Source: a bacterium
Lineage (GTDB): Bacteria; UBA8248
Assembly: GCA_965200245.1 (NCBI GenBank)
Contig: CBDATS010000005.1
Location: 32,001-96,000 of the forward strand
Length of the DNA stretch: 64,000 nt
Direction of reading: 5' to 3'
The notes below the pieces were generated by a model. It worked only from the letters and a program-made list of their open reading frames with translations. It did no database searches and had not been told where the DNA came from. Of this stretch, positions 20,692 to 29,931 are shown one piece after another. The translations under genes were made by a program, and so were the position numbers. Position 1 is the first letter of the stretch. The number at the start of each line of letters is the position of its first letter.

Positions 20692-21396
20692 TCAGAACGC
20701 GCGCATCGTCGTTTCCCCGTACCAATCAGCGATGGCGGCCAGAACCCTCCGTCTTTTCTCCCCGTTCGTCCCGAAGGGTGCTCGCGAGACTTCCAGTTGC
20801 ACCCAGGGCATCTCTTCGGCATGGCTGCGCGTGATGTAGCCGCCCCGAAATGGGGGATTGATGGTCACGTCCCCCTCGAAATGTCGCCGGAATGCGCCTT
20901 GGAGGGATACGATCCACTTCTCGGGACACGTACCCTCTCCATTGCTCAGGCACACCCACGGGCGTTCTTGTCCTGGGTCCGGCCCCACGGGCGGACCGAA
21001 AGCGGCCATCGTATGGCAATCAACGGCGAGAAGGAATTCACCGCTTTCCCCCAGTTCGGTAAGACGGCTATGGTAAGGGAAATAGTATGATTCGAGCATC
21101 GAATCGATTACTGCCGGAGGCGGAAAGGGATCGTAGACGGGAACGTCCCAGCAGGTATGGGTTTTCACGACACCGTCTTTTCGCCGATCGGTCGGCTCCC
21201 GGTTCTGGTCGATTATCGCCCGTGCGATCTCCGTCGACACATAAGCCTCGAATTCATCCCGGAGGTCGAATATCTCGGCGGCACCGACATCCCCGTCTTT
21301 GGCCACCTGGGCAGGCGTGAGGCGACAATAGGGTTCGGCTTCCGGCGGAACGATGAGGCCTGCATGCGGCACGGATACGAGCAGAGGAAGACTCAC
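20692..21396 (-). CDS. N-formylglutamate amidohydrolase family protein
   Basis: SVPHAG, RAIIDQNR, YYFPYH, VDCHTM, FRGGYIT, QLEVSR. Confidence 0.9.
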   Translation of the reverse strand: MSLPLLVSVPHAGLIVPPEAEPYCRLTPAQVAKDGDVGAAEIFDLRDEFEAYVSTEIARAIIDQNREPTDRRKDGVVKTHTCWDVPVYDPFPPPAVIDSMLESYYFPYHSRLTELGESGEFLLAVDCHTMAAFGPPVGPDPGQERPWVCLSNGEGTCPEKWIVSLQGAFRRHFEGDVTINPPFRGGYITRSHAEEMPWVQLEVSRAPFGTNGEKRRRVLAAIADWYGETTMRAF

Positions 21397-23066
21397 CCGT
21401 TCACACCGCCGGCGGCTCCGTCCCTGCGCGGGTCTGCGACTCCGATGAATTCCCCGTCCTGGTGTGCGACCAGTTGAACGCAGCCCAGATAGAACGAGTA
21501 GGGCTCAAGGAGATTCACCCTGAAGCCGTGTCTCTGAAAGGCATCGGACATGTCGCTTCTCATACGTGATGCTTCCAGGGAAACCCGCCCGTTTACCGAG
21601 CAATGAAGACTCGGCGCGTCCACCGCCGCGAGCGGACTGCCCTTTCCCAGCCGGATGAGCACCTGAAGGATGGCGGATGTGATCCTTTCGCTGCCCGGCG
21701 AACCGATCGCCAGCCAGGGACGGTTTCCGCGGAACAAGATGGTCGGGGCCACGCTGGCCCAAGGAACTGCATTGGGGCGCAAATAATAGGGATGCGACAT
21801 GTCGGTAAATTCGAATGCGCTCAAATAGTTGTTGTACAGAAAACCCAGGTCGGGGTTCGCCTCGCATGAGCCGTACACGTTTTCGATTGACTGCGTCAGC
21901 GCCACGACGTTTCCCTCGTGGTCCATGGCCGAAAGATGTGTCGTCTCGCCGGTTCCGACGATGCGCTCGCGAATCTGGTGCGCCACCCGCGTCGCATACC
22001 TGGAACTGAGCATGGTCTTCTCCGTGACCTGGGAATAGAGATTCGGGTCAAAGGGACGATCGCGCCGATCCAGGAAGGCGCGTCGTATGGTTTCCGCGAA
22101 CAACACGGCACCGAGCGTACTGTCGATGTCCTGCATGGGTTTGGGCAGATGCTGGTAGATGTTCATCATTTCGATCAGGGTGCGGCCAGCACCGGGCGGC
22201 GGCATCGTGAATACGCGGTGTCCCTGGAAGCGGCCCGAAAGAGGATTTCTCTCCACAGGCCAGGGAATCCGCGAGAGGTCGTCCTGACGCAGGAACCCTC
22301 CGTTGCGCTTCATGTCCTCTTCAATGGAGCGCGCCATTTCTCCCTGGTAGAAGTCTTCGACACCCCGCCTCGCCAGTTGCCGCAGGGTTTCAGCCAGAAC
22401 GGGTTGGCAAAAAGTACTGCCCGCGCGATAGGAATTCCTGCCATCGCGGAGGAAAAAGGGAGCTGCCTGGGAACTGCGGAGATATTGCAGTTCCCGCCGC
22501 GTGAGGCGATACTGAAGGACGCTCACTTCATATCCCTCTTCCGCAAGGCGAACCGCTGGCTCGACAGTGCGAGACAGGTCGAGCTTTCCGTAGGTTCTGA
22601 GAGCGTAGTCGAGCACGGCCGGCGTGCTGGGTACGGTAGTGGCGCGGTGTCCACGGCGCCGTTCGGCAGACAGATTACGAAATTCCTCGATGTTCGCGCG
22701 GTTGGGCGCGCGAGACGAGCCGTCGAGGGCGATGGTACGGCCCGTGGCCGCGTGGTGGATGAGCATCATCGTCTGCCCGCCCAGACCCGAAGCCGCCGGT
22801 TCGCAGACGCCCAGGGCGAATGCGGCAGCAACGGCCGCGTCGATAGCGTTACCGCCGGCTCCCAGTACCTCGACGCCCGCGGCCGTCGCGCCGTAGTGCG
22901 CAGTGGAGATCATCCCGTGCGATGCGACCGCAACTCGCTGCGGTTCATGGATACGGTGGTCGCTCAGTTCAAGGAACTCCGTATCGACTTCCTGCCGGGT
23001 CTTGCGACGTGCGGCCGTTCTTGTGGTTTTCTTGGAATCTGTCTTTTTTGAGGATTCCGCATTCAT
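21393..23066 (-). CDS. Gamma-glutamyltransferase-family Ntn hydrolase (divergent active site, no signal peptide)
   Basis: GGNAIDAAVA, EPAASGLGG, autocleavage ETTHLS, ADPRRDG; probable ATG at 23066. Confidence 0.9.
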   Translation of the reverse strand: MNAESSKKTDSKKTTRTAARRKTRQEVDTEFLELSDHRIHEPQRVAVASHGMISTAHYGATAAGVEVLGAGGNAIDAAVAAAFALGVCEPAASGLGGQTMMLIHHAATGRTIALDGSSRAPNRANIEEFRNLSAERRRGHRATTVPSTPAVLDYALRTYGKLDLSRTVEPAVRLAEEGYEVSVLQYRLTRRELQYLRSSQAAPFFLRDGRNSYRAGSTFCQPVLAETLRQLARRGVEDFYQGEMARSIEEDMKRNGGFLRQDDLSRIPWPVERNPLSGRFQGHRVFTMPPPGAGRTLIEMMNIYQHLPKPMQDIDSTLGAVLFAETIRRAFLDRRDRPFDPNLYSQVTEKTMLSSRYATRVAHQIRERIVGTGETTHLSAMDHEGNVVALTQSIENVYGSCEANPDLGFLYNNYLSAFEFTDMSHPYYLRPNAVPWASVAPTILFRGNRPWLAIGSPGSERITSAILQVLIRLGKGSPLAAVDAPSLHCSVNGRVSLEASRMRSDMSDAFQRHGFRVNLLEPYSFYLGCVQLVAHQDGEFIGVADPRRDGAAGGVNG

Positions 23067-23073
23067 TTTTCTC

Positions 23074-25221
23074 TCAGCCCCTGGTCCTGGAGGCGAGGTA
23101 TGTCGCAAGCAAGAGGGTACGCTGCACCAGGCTGATGCGTTCGATGGCCTCCTGGGGCGTGCCCGCATCGATGGTTGTTGGTCCGATGCCGCATACGAAC
23201 GGAGTGGCATGGGATATGAGGCCCGCCACACTGGGCCATGCGGAGGATTTGGCCCTCAAGGGAACCGAAAGGTCAGAAGCGATGCGCACGAGGGAATCGC
23301 ACAGTCGTCTCTGAACGGCGGTTCCGGCGAATGGAGGACGAACGGACTGCACGGAGAGGTCCCATTTCGGTCCTCCGCGTCCCAGGATGTCACGCATCTC
23401 TTCTTCGGCCCGATCGGCGATCTCCGAATCCCGGTAGTTCAACACAAGAGTTGCGGTTACCTTGTGCGGGAGCCGCATCGTGTGTCTTTGCGTCCGCATG
23501 TCGAAGATCGACAGTGCGATGCGCTCCTGCGGAGAGTTGACGCGCGAGAGGTCCTAGAGTTTTTCCATCGCCCACCGGATCACGGGCTCCCTGCGGGCTC
23601 CGCTGCTCAGGCTGAGGCTCTCTCCCATAATGTTGAGGGTGTAAATCCGCACGCCATTCCTGCGGGCGATGATACCGCCGCTGGTGGTGCCGGGCCGCAG
23701 GACGAATACCTCCTTCGCCTTTGCGGCGGCGGCCCGGATGAATCGCGCGCTGTGGCGTGCGCTTCGCCCTTCATCGGCATACAGGAGAACCCCGGCCTTC
23801 AAGTGGCGCAACCGCCGGATGCTTCTCAGGGAGCGAAACGCATACTCGAGTATCACGAGCGGGGCGCGCGAGCGACCCACACCTTCGCCGAAGAGGTGCT
23901 CGGGAGTTCTCCGGAATGGTTTATGCGCGGCGGTTGGCTCGATCGGGACGTCCAGCTGCGCGATGAACAGCACACCTCCTGCCATGCCCGCCTGCGTTTC
24001 CCAGGCAATGGTCTCAGGCTCGTCGGTGAACTCTCCTGCTTCCTTGAGACCCAGGTTTTCGAATGTTCGAGCCGCGTGCTCCGTAGCCTGACGGATTCCT
24101 ATCGGGTCGGAGGTACGGCTCGAGATACCGACCCATTGCCTGAGGCTGGCCTCAATCTGCCTTCGGCGTTGTGTGACGTAAGCGATGGCGTGGTTCTTGG
24201 GGTCGACCTTTTGCACGTCGAGTGAGACGGGCTGGGGCAACCCGAAATATCGCGCGTTGGCGACCTCGACGAGCCGGTTGGCAAACTTCTCGAAATCAAG
24301 TCCTACCGCGTTCGCCCCCACAAGATACGACCCGTGCTCTCCCAGGCTGGGCAAGCTGTTGATCTCGAGCACGTAGAAATTCCCCTCATCATTCATCCGC
24401 ATGTCCACACGGGCGCAGTCATAGAGATTGAGCGCCTTGAACGCCTGCACGGCGATCTTGCAGGCGTGATCGGTTTGCTCGGCAGAGAGGGGGGCCGGGC
24501 AGATGTGGGAAATCGTGCGCTCGCTTCTGCCGGTCTTGTCTTCATAAGTGTAGATTTTAGGGCCCTTGCCGAAATCGAGTTCGACCGGGGGGAACGCCTA
24601 GGGAGGGTTGTTTCCGAGCAGTCCGACGTTAATTTCGCGCCCCTCTATGTATTGCTTGACTAGGACAGCTTGCCGGAATCTGTCGAAGATGACTTTAGCG
24701 GCCTCCCTTAATTCCGATTCGTTGTGAACGACCTTGAGGCCGAACGATACCGCCTCGTTCTTCGGCTTGACGATAAGAGGGTAGCGAATGTCGGGGATGG
24801 GCGAATCCGGCGCCTCCAGCATGGCAAAGTCGGGTGTCGGGACGTTGTGCTGTTTCAGGATGATCTTGGCGACCGCCTTGTCCAGTGCCAGAGAGTGGCC
24901 AAGCGGCCCGGAGGCGACATATGGAATGCCAGCCATCTCGAGGATGCTCGGTACATGTGTGTAGCGGGCCTGCCCTTGGATGCCGTAGGAGACGTTGAAC
25001 ACCATGCCCGGTCGCTCACCCTCCACGACGCGGGGCATGAATTCCTCAAGGCGGTCGATCAACTGCTTGTCTCCCTCCAGGGAAACGACCTCGTGTCCTC
25101 CGTGACGGAGGGCGGTCGCTAGTCGTCGAATGGTCCTGAGACCGATCCTCTCCTGGTTCGGCATTCCGAAGAGGTTGATTACGTTTTTACTCTCCCTGTT
25201 GTAGACGATGGCGATCTTCAT
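23074..25221 (-). pseudogene. Ddl-like ATP-grasp ligase fused to M20-like peptidase domain, broken by two in-frame TAG codons
   Basis: ORFs 24598-25365, 23554-24450 and 23074-23499 share one frame; TAG at 24598-24600 and 23554-23556; ATP-grasp motifs LIVKP, REINV, ARVDMR, EINSLP; homology continues across both stops. Confidence 0.85.
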
Positions 25222-25915
25222 GTTTTCAGTAGCTCCTTCGAGTCCGATGCCTTCGACTTGCGAATTCCCGAGATGGTACACCGCGTGATGGCCAGCAAAT
25301 TTTCGAAGGGAATTGTATACGAAAATTCCGAAATGGGCGGCCTGTCCACCCTTCGGATCATCCACATATTTTACGTTCGGGTTATTGATCCTGAAACAGA
25401 ATTTAATTCCGCTTGGTTGGCGTGATGTTCCGGCTGTTTCCTCCCGTTGGTCGTTTTGGTTTATCGGTCATAATTATTCTCCACCCGTTTGGTTACGTGT
25501 CTTTGCTGCATTTATCGATTTTCTACACGTACCGATTTTGACCAGTTTCTCATTTTAGCAATCTCATCGGGATCATGAAAAACAGCATCCGGAACATTTG
25601 CGACCACGTCTCCGAAAATCCGATCATCCCTCGCTTTCCTGAAATTTTCAACTCACACTGTATTCTCTTTCGCTGACTTCAAGGGTTGAAACCAGGCGAA
25701 CATTATTGACCCTGAGGATAATTCGTTCCTTTGACGAGAAAAACCTCACAAAGAGTTATTTTGTAATGAATTCTGGCTAATCAGACCCCGGTGCGACGCT
25801 CCACCGGACCGATCAAGTAGACCCTTCGACCCACATCGTGCACCTTGCAAAGCATAGGAAAAACGGGCAAATGCGTGAAAATGGCGTTTTTCTCGCCGAG
25901 ACGTCCGGGGTTCTC

Positions 25916-25944
25916 TTGACACTCACAGGCCGTGTTGGTAGGTT
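25916..25944 (+). promoter_or_regulatory. Candidate sigma70 promoter of the atp F0 operon
   Basis: TTGACA-17 nt-TAGGTT with extended TG, about 50 nt before the first ATG. Confidence 0.55.
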
Positions 25945-25995
25945 CCCTGCCGTAAATTTCGTTACCGCAACTTCTCTCCTGAAGGATAGAAGGGT

Positions 25996-26259
25996 ATGAC
26001 CTCCAATCCTTCTCCAGAGTCGGGGCGAGGACGAAAAGCGAAGAAAACGTCCAATGCGCGGGACAAGAAGATTCGCAGGGGGGTGCGGAACGTACATCTT
26101 GCGACTTTGGGCTGGAATTTCGTGACGGCGCCGCTCGTTGGCGGCGGAATCGGGTATCTGTTCGATCGCTATGTCGGTACATATCCGTGGGCGATGGTAG
26201 TCGGATTGATATTGGGATTCGTTTCCGCTTTTATTGATCTCGTCAGAGGGGTTCGCTGA
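25996..26259 (+). CDS. AtpZ/AtpI family F0F1 accessory protein
   Basis: GGGIGYLFDRYVGTYPW..VGLILG two-TM pattern; first gene of the atp cluster. Confidence 0.85.
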   Translation: MTSNPSPESGRGRKAKKTSNARDKKIRRGVRNVHLATLGWNFVTAPLVGGGIGYLFDRYVGTYPWAMVVGLILGFVSAFIDLVRGVR

Positions 26260-26655
26260 ATGACAAACCAGGACCCGCCATCTCTCGTCCTCAAAAGCAT
26301 CTCGAATTCCGGCTGGTTGATACTGGCGCTCATGAGTGTCGGGGGCGTGATGCTGGGGAACCTTTCGACGGGCGCCGGTGTAGCAATTGGCGGGGCGTGT
26401 GGGCTTGGAAGTTTTCGGATGATGGATATATACTTCGCCCGCATTTTCCGTAAAAATATCAGTCGCCCCCCGTGGTGGCATCACATTCTATATGTTTTGA
26501 GATTTTTCGCCCTCATGGGTGTCGTGGCGTTCGCGATTGGCTGGATTCGGCTCCCCGCCGTGAGCGTGGTGATAGGGTTGACCATTCCGCCGTTGGCCAT
26601 ATTCATTCACGGGGCTCGCAGCGCCCTGCGGATACAAGGATCGACAAGAGCATAA
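26260..26655 (+). CDS. atpI: ATP synthase protein I
   Basis: Four-TM hydrophobic protein directly upstream of atpB, with YVLRF motif. Confidence 0.75.
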   Translation: MTNQDPPSLVLKSISNSGWLILALMSVGGVMLGNLSTGAGVAIGGACGLGSFRMMDIYFARIFRKNISRPPWWHHILYVLRFFALMGVVAFAIGWIRLPAVSVVIGLTIPPLAIFIHGARSALRIQGSTRA

Positions 26656-26658
26656 CAA

Positions 26659-27378
26659 ATGGAAAAATTTCACCCGTTCCTGTATTTTGACATCTTCCCG
26701 GGGCTGTCCGCATACCCGAACATCGTTTACAGCTGGCTGGTAATGGTGTTCCTCATTGTGAGTTCACTGCTCATCACCAAGGCCCTGCAAAAGATTCCCG
26801 TTGGCGGGCAAAACCTGTTCGAGGCAATTTTCGACGGTTTTTCCGCCTTCATGGAAGGCCCCCTCGGCAATGAGGGGCGACCCTTCTTCCCCCTCGTATT
26901 CACACTGGGAACCTACATTTTCCTGTGCAACGTAATCGGAATCCTGCCGGGCTTCATGGCGCCGACGAGCAACCTGAACACCAACGTGGGTTGCGCACTC
27001 ACCGTATTTTTCGCCACGCATTACGTAGGACTCAAGAGAAACGGCATGGAATACCTGAAGCATTTCACGGGCCCCATCATCTGGCTCGCGCCGCTCATGA
27101 TTCCCATCGAAATAATTTCTCATCTCAGTCGCCCCCTTTCACTCACCTTGCGTCTTTTCGGAAACATTACGGGCGAGGAATTGGTCCTCGGTGTTTTGAT
27201 GCTCCTGTGCCTTCAGATTTTCCTGCCCGTTCCCTGGGCGATGCAGATGTTCGTGATTTTCGGAAGTTTCATTCAGGCTTTTGTTTTCACCCTCCTGACC
27301 ATGATATATATCGCCGGGTCTCTCGAAGGGCACGACCACGACGAAGAACATGGCCATGAGGCCGCCCACGCTCATTAA
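26659..27378 (+). CDS. atpB: F0F1 ATP synthase subunit a
   Basis: PTSNLN, SRPLSLTLRLFGN, IQAFVFTLL; His-rich C-terminal tail. Confidence 0.96.
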   Translation: MEKFHPFLYFDIFPGLSAYPNIVYSWLVMVFLIVSSLLITKALQKIPVGGQNLFEAIFDGFSAFMEGPLGNEGRPFFPLVFTLGTYIFLCNVIGILPGFMAPTSNLNTNVGCALTVFFATHYVGLKRNGMEYLKHFTGPIIWLAPLMIPIEIISHLSRPLSLTLRLFGNITGEELVLGVLMLLCLQIFLPVPWAMQMFVIFGSFIQAFVFTLLTMIYIAGSLEGHDHDEEHGHEAAHAH

Positions 27379-27425
27379 CAATAACGGTCCATACAGGAAT
27401 CACCTTCAACAAGGAGAAGTAAGGG

Positions 27426-27746
27426 ATGAAACGTTTGGGGATTATCGGATTTGCGCTAGCCAGCTTCGTAGCCGTGGCCACCAATGCCTTCGCCGCTGCA
27501 GCCGGCGACGCCGGAAACAGTGAAGTTCTGAAATGGAGAATGATCTCCTCCTCGTTCGCTCTGGCCATCGCCGCTGCAGCCGGCGCTTTCGCCCAGAGCA
27601 GGAGCATTGCCAGCGCACTGGACGGCACGGCACGGAACCCGGGAGCTGGCGGCGACCTGCGCGTGTCGATGATCATCGGTCTCGCCTTGATCGAGTCCCT
27701 TGTAATTTATACGTTCGTTATCTGCCTCATCATCATCCTTGGCTAG
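27426..27746 (+). CDS. atpE: F0F1 ATP synthase subunit c with N-terminal extension
   Basis: ARNP loop, GLALIESLVIY with the catalytic Glu. Confidence 0.95.
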   Translation: MKRLGIIGFALASFVAVATNAFAAAAGDAGNSEVLKWRMISSSFALAIAAAAGAFAQSRSIASALDGTARNPGAGGDLRVSMIIGLALIESLVIYTFVICLIIILG

Positions 27747-27765
27747 ATAAACCCGGATACGCAAG

Positions 27766-27804
27766 ACACGCAAGGGGGGGGCCTGATGGCTCCCCCTTGC
27801 GTGT
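27766..27804 (+). terminator. Hairpin/terminator after atpE
   Basis: acacgcaaggggg...cccccttgcgtgt long inverted repeat. Confidence 0.7.
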
Positions 27805-28002
27805 TGTTCGACGCTAGTTGTCACAAGCAGCGCTTGTGGGGATTCCTTCCAGATAAATTCACTTCAGGCTTCTCTTTTCCGCTTCCGCCGGATCCACCAC
27901 TTGCCCTACTCGGCAAAACGCATAGAATCAAATCTCGTTCGGGTAACTGCGTACTCTGTGTAGACTCTTTTTTCCTCTGAATTGCGGGTGCACAAAAAGT
28001 CG

Positions 28003-28643
28003 ATGTGGGAAAATACGAAAACAAGAATTCCAGAAGCTACCGTCAACCGATTGTCAAAATACGCCCGCATACTGGAACAGGCGCAATACGAGGGGGCTGA
28101 ACTCATCGCGTCCGCCGATTTGGCGCAACGCTGCGGTTTCAAGCCTGCGCAAATCAGAAAAGATCTCGCATACTTCGGCGAATTCGGCGTCCGCGGGAAG
28201 GGATATTACATCAAGGAGTTGAAGGACAATCTGAAAAAAATCCTGGGTGTAACCCACACATGGAAAGTCGTGCTCGTAGGAGCGGGAAACCTCGGTTCGG
28301 CCCTGCTGGCGTATAAGGGTTTTCTGGCACATGGATTCGAGATCGACGCAGTATTCGATAAATTCCCCGAAAAAATACCCCCTCACCGCATCGGCTCGCT
28401 TCGCGTGTTGCCGATGTCGGATTTGCACAAGGTAGTGAAAAAAAACAAAGCAAGATAGGCATCATCGCGGTACCGAGTGAAAGCGCGCAAATCGTAGGAT
28501 CGGCGCTCGTGAGCGCCGGCATTACCGGCATATTGAATTTTGCGCCCACCCAGGTTCAGGCGCCACCTCATGTGAAAGTGAAAAACGTGGATTTGGGCAG
28601 TGAGCTGGAACATCTCTCCTTTTATCTTTCCAAAAACCCGTGA
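28003..28643 (+). CDS. rex: Redox-sensing repressor Rex, interrupted by a -1 frameshift near 28438-28455
   Basis: [33 protein letters not shown]; the C-terminus IGIIAVP..GILNFAP..NVDL continues in the -1 frame to TGA at 28641-28643. Confidence 0.92.
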
Positions 28644-29401
28644 GGACTTGCACCCGCATGGATGAACCACGCTATATCCTGGCTTTCGACACTTCTCTCT
28701 CGAAAGGAAGGTGCTCTTTGTTTTGCCCGGCGGAAGAAGCCGAGGAAGAGGCACTTCTCTCGGAAGAAATCCGAATTTCCAGGACACTCTTGCCGCAGGT
28801 AGAGCAAATTCTGAAATCAAGGAACATTCGCGCCCATATGATTCAGGCCATCGGAGTGAGCATCGGCCCGGGAACATTCACAGGACTGCGTGTCGGACTT
28901 TCTAGCGCCGAAGGGCTTTCACTGGGCTGGGACTGCCCGCTGTATGGTTTTTCATCGCTGGAAATCATGGCGATGGCTACCCTGCAAAATGCAATACGAA
29001 CGACCCAAAACCTGCCCGATTATATTCTGCCCTACCGGGATGCTCGATACGGAGAATTGTTTACCGCGTTGTTTCAGGTAACCGCAGACCCGGTTTCATC
29101 TCTTGGATTCACCCTCACCCGCGTGCGGGAGGACGAGGTCATCTCCCTGGAAGAGTTTTGTCCCCCTGCCGAAGGCGACACGCTGTTAACAGGAAGAAAA
29201 GAAGAATTGCCCGAGAACATTGCTTTCGCAGCTTCTCATGAATCGGGCAGTCACCATGAAATGGACTGCTCGGCCGCTGCAACTGCATGGCTGACCTACA
29301 ATGCGCTGCAGAACCGTTCACACCCGAACAGCACCGATATATCGCTGAATTACTGCCGGAAATCGCAGGCGCAAACCAAATGGCCTGAACGACAGGGTTG
29401 A
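28640..29401 (+). CDS. tsaB: tRNA t6A biosynthesis protein TsaB
   Basis: ILAFDTS, GPGTFTGLRVG, SSLE, DAR motifs. Confidence 0.88.
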   Translation: MRTCTRMDEPRYILAFDTSLSKGRCSLFCPAEEAEEEALLSEEIRISRTLLPQVEQILKSRNIRAHMIQAIGVSIGPGTFTGLRVGLSSAEGLSLGWDCPLYGFSSLEIMAMATLQNAIRTTQNLPDYILPYRDARYGELFTALFQVTADPVSSLGFTLTRVREDEVISLEEFCPPAEGDTLLTGRKEELPENIAFAASHESGSHHEMDCSAAATAWLTYNALQNRSHPNSTDISLNYCRKSQAQTKWPERQG

Positions 29402-29508
29402 TTCTCCGTTCAACATTTCGTAGGTTAGAAGATCATTCTCTGGGTGAATTCAACGGCAAATACAGGGTTTTGAACTTTCATCGCAGATGCTCGAAAGGAG
29501 ACCGATCA

Positions 29509-29715
29509 TTGGAAACAACTGAAAAAGTTCAGGAAGCACTGAATGCAGATGATGAACTCGAAGGTCTGAGAAAAAAACACGCCATTCTGGATGAAAAAAT
29601 TCTCGCACTCGAAGAGATTCGGTTCCCGTCTTCACAGGAGCAACAGGAAATAAAGTTGCTCAAAAAAGAAAAGCTCGCAATCAAGACACAGTTGGAAACC
29701 ATGGAGAATCATTGA
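29509..29715 (+). CDS. Small coiled-coil protein, YdcH/DUF465-like
   Basis: H..LDEKI..LE...EIKLLKKEKLAIK pattern; SD AAGGAG before the TTG at 29509. Confidence 0.75.
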   Translation: METTEKVQEALNADDELEGLRKKHAILDEKILALEEIRFPSSQEQQEIKLLKKEKLAIKTQLETMENH

Positions 29716-29765
29716 AGTCGCGACTTCATCCGAAAACACCAGGAACAGATTTTACGTTTTCAACC

Positions 29766-29795
29766 TTGACCAGTATGAAAAACCTGCAGTAGTAT
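29766..29795 (+). promoter_or_regulatory. Candidate sigma70 promoter of the ilv leader
   Basis: TTGACC-18 nt-TAGTAT. Confidence 0.5.
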
Positions 29796-29931
29796 CACGC
29801 GTCGCGTTATTGAAACGTCAGGGTGAATGATTCACCCGAGGCGTGACCGAAACTTGGGCGCACAAATCATCAAGGGAAACGGCCATATGGGTCCGGGGAA
29901 AATGTTGTGGAATAAGGAGTCTGGCGTAGGA

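Noticed and set aside
21918-24225. Plus-strand ORFs of 377 and 440 aa
   Set aside because: Antisense to the GGT and ATP-grasp/M20 genes, which carry the real motifs.
23074-25221. Genome-wide TAG reassignment
   Set aside because: Many conserved genes in the window end at TAG at their expected C-termini.
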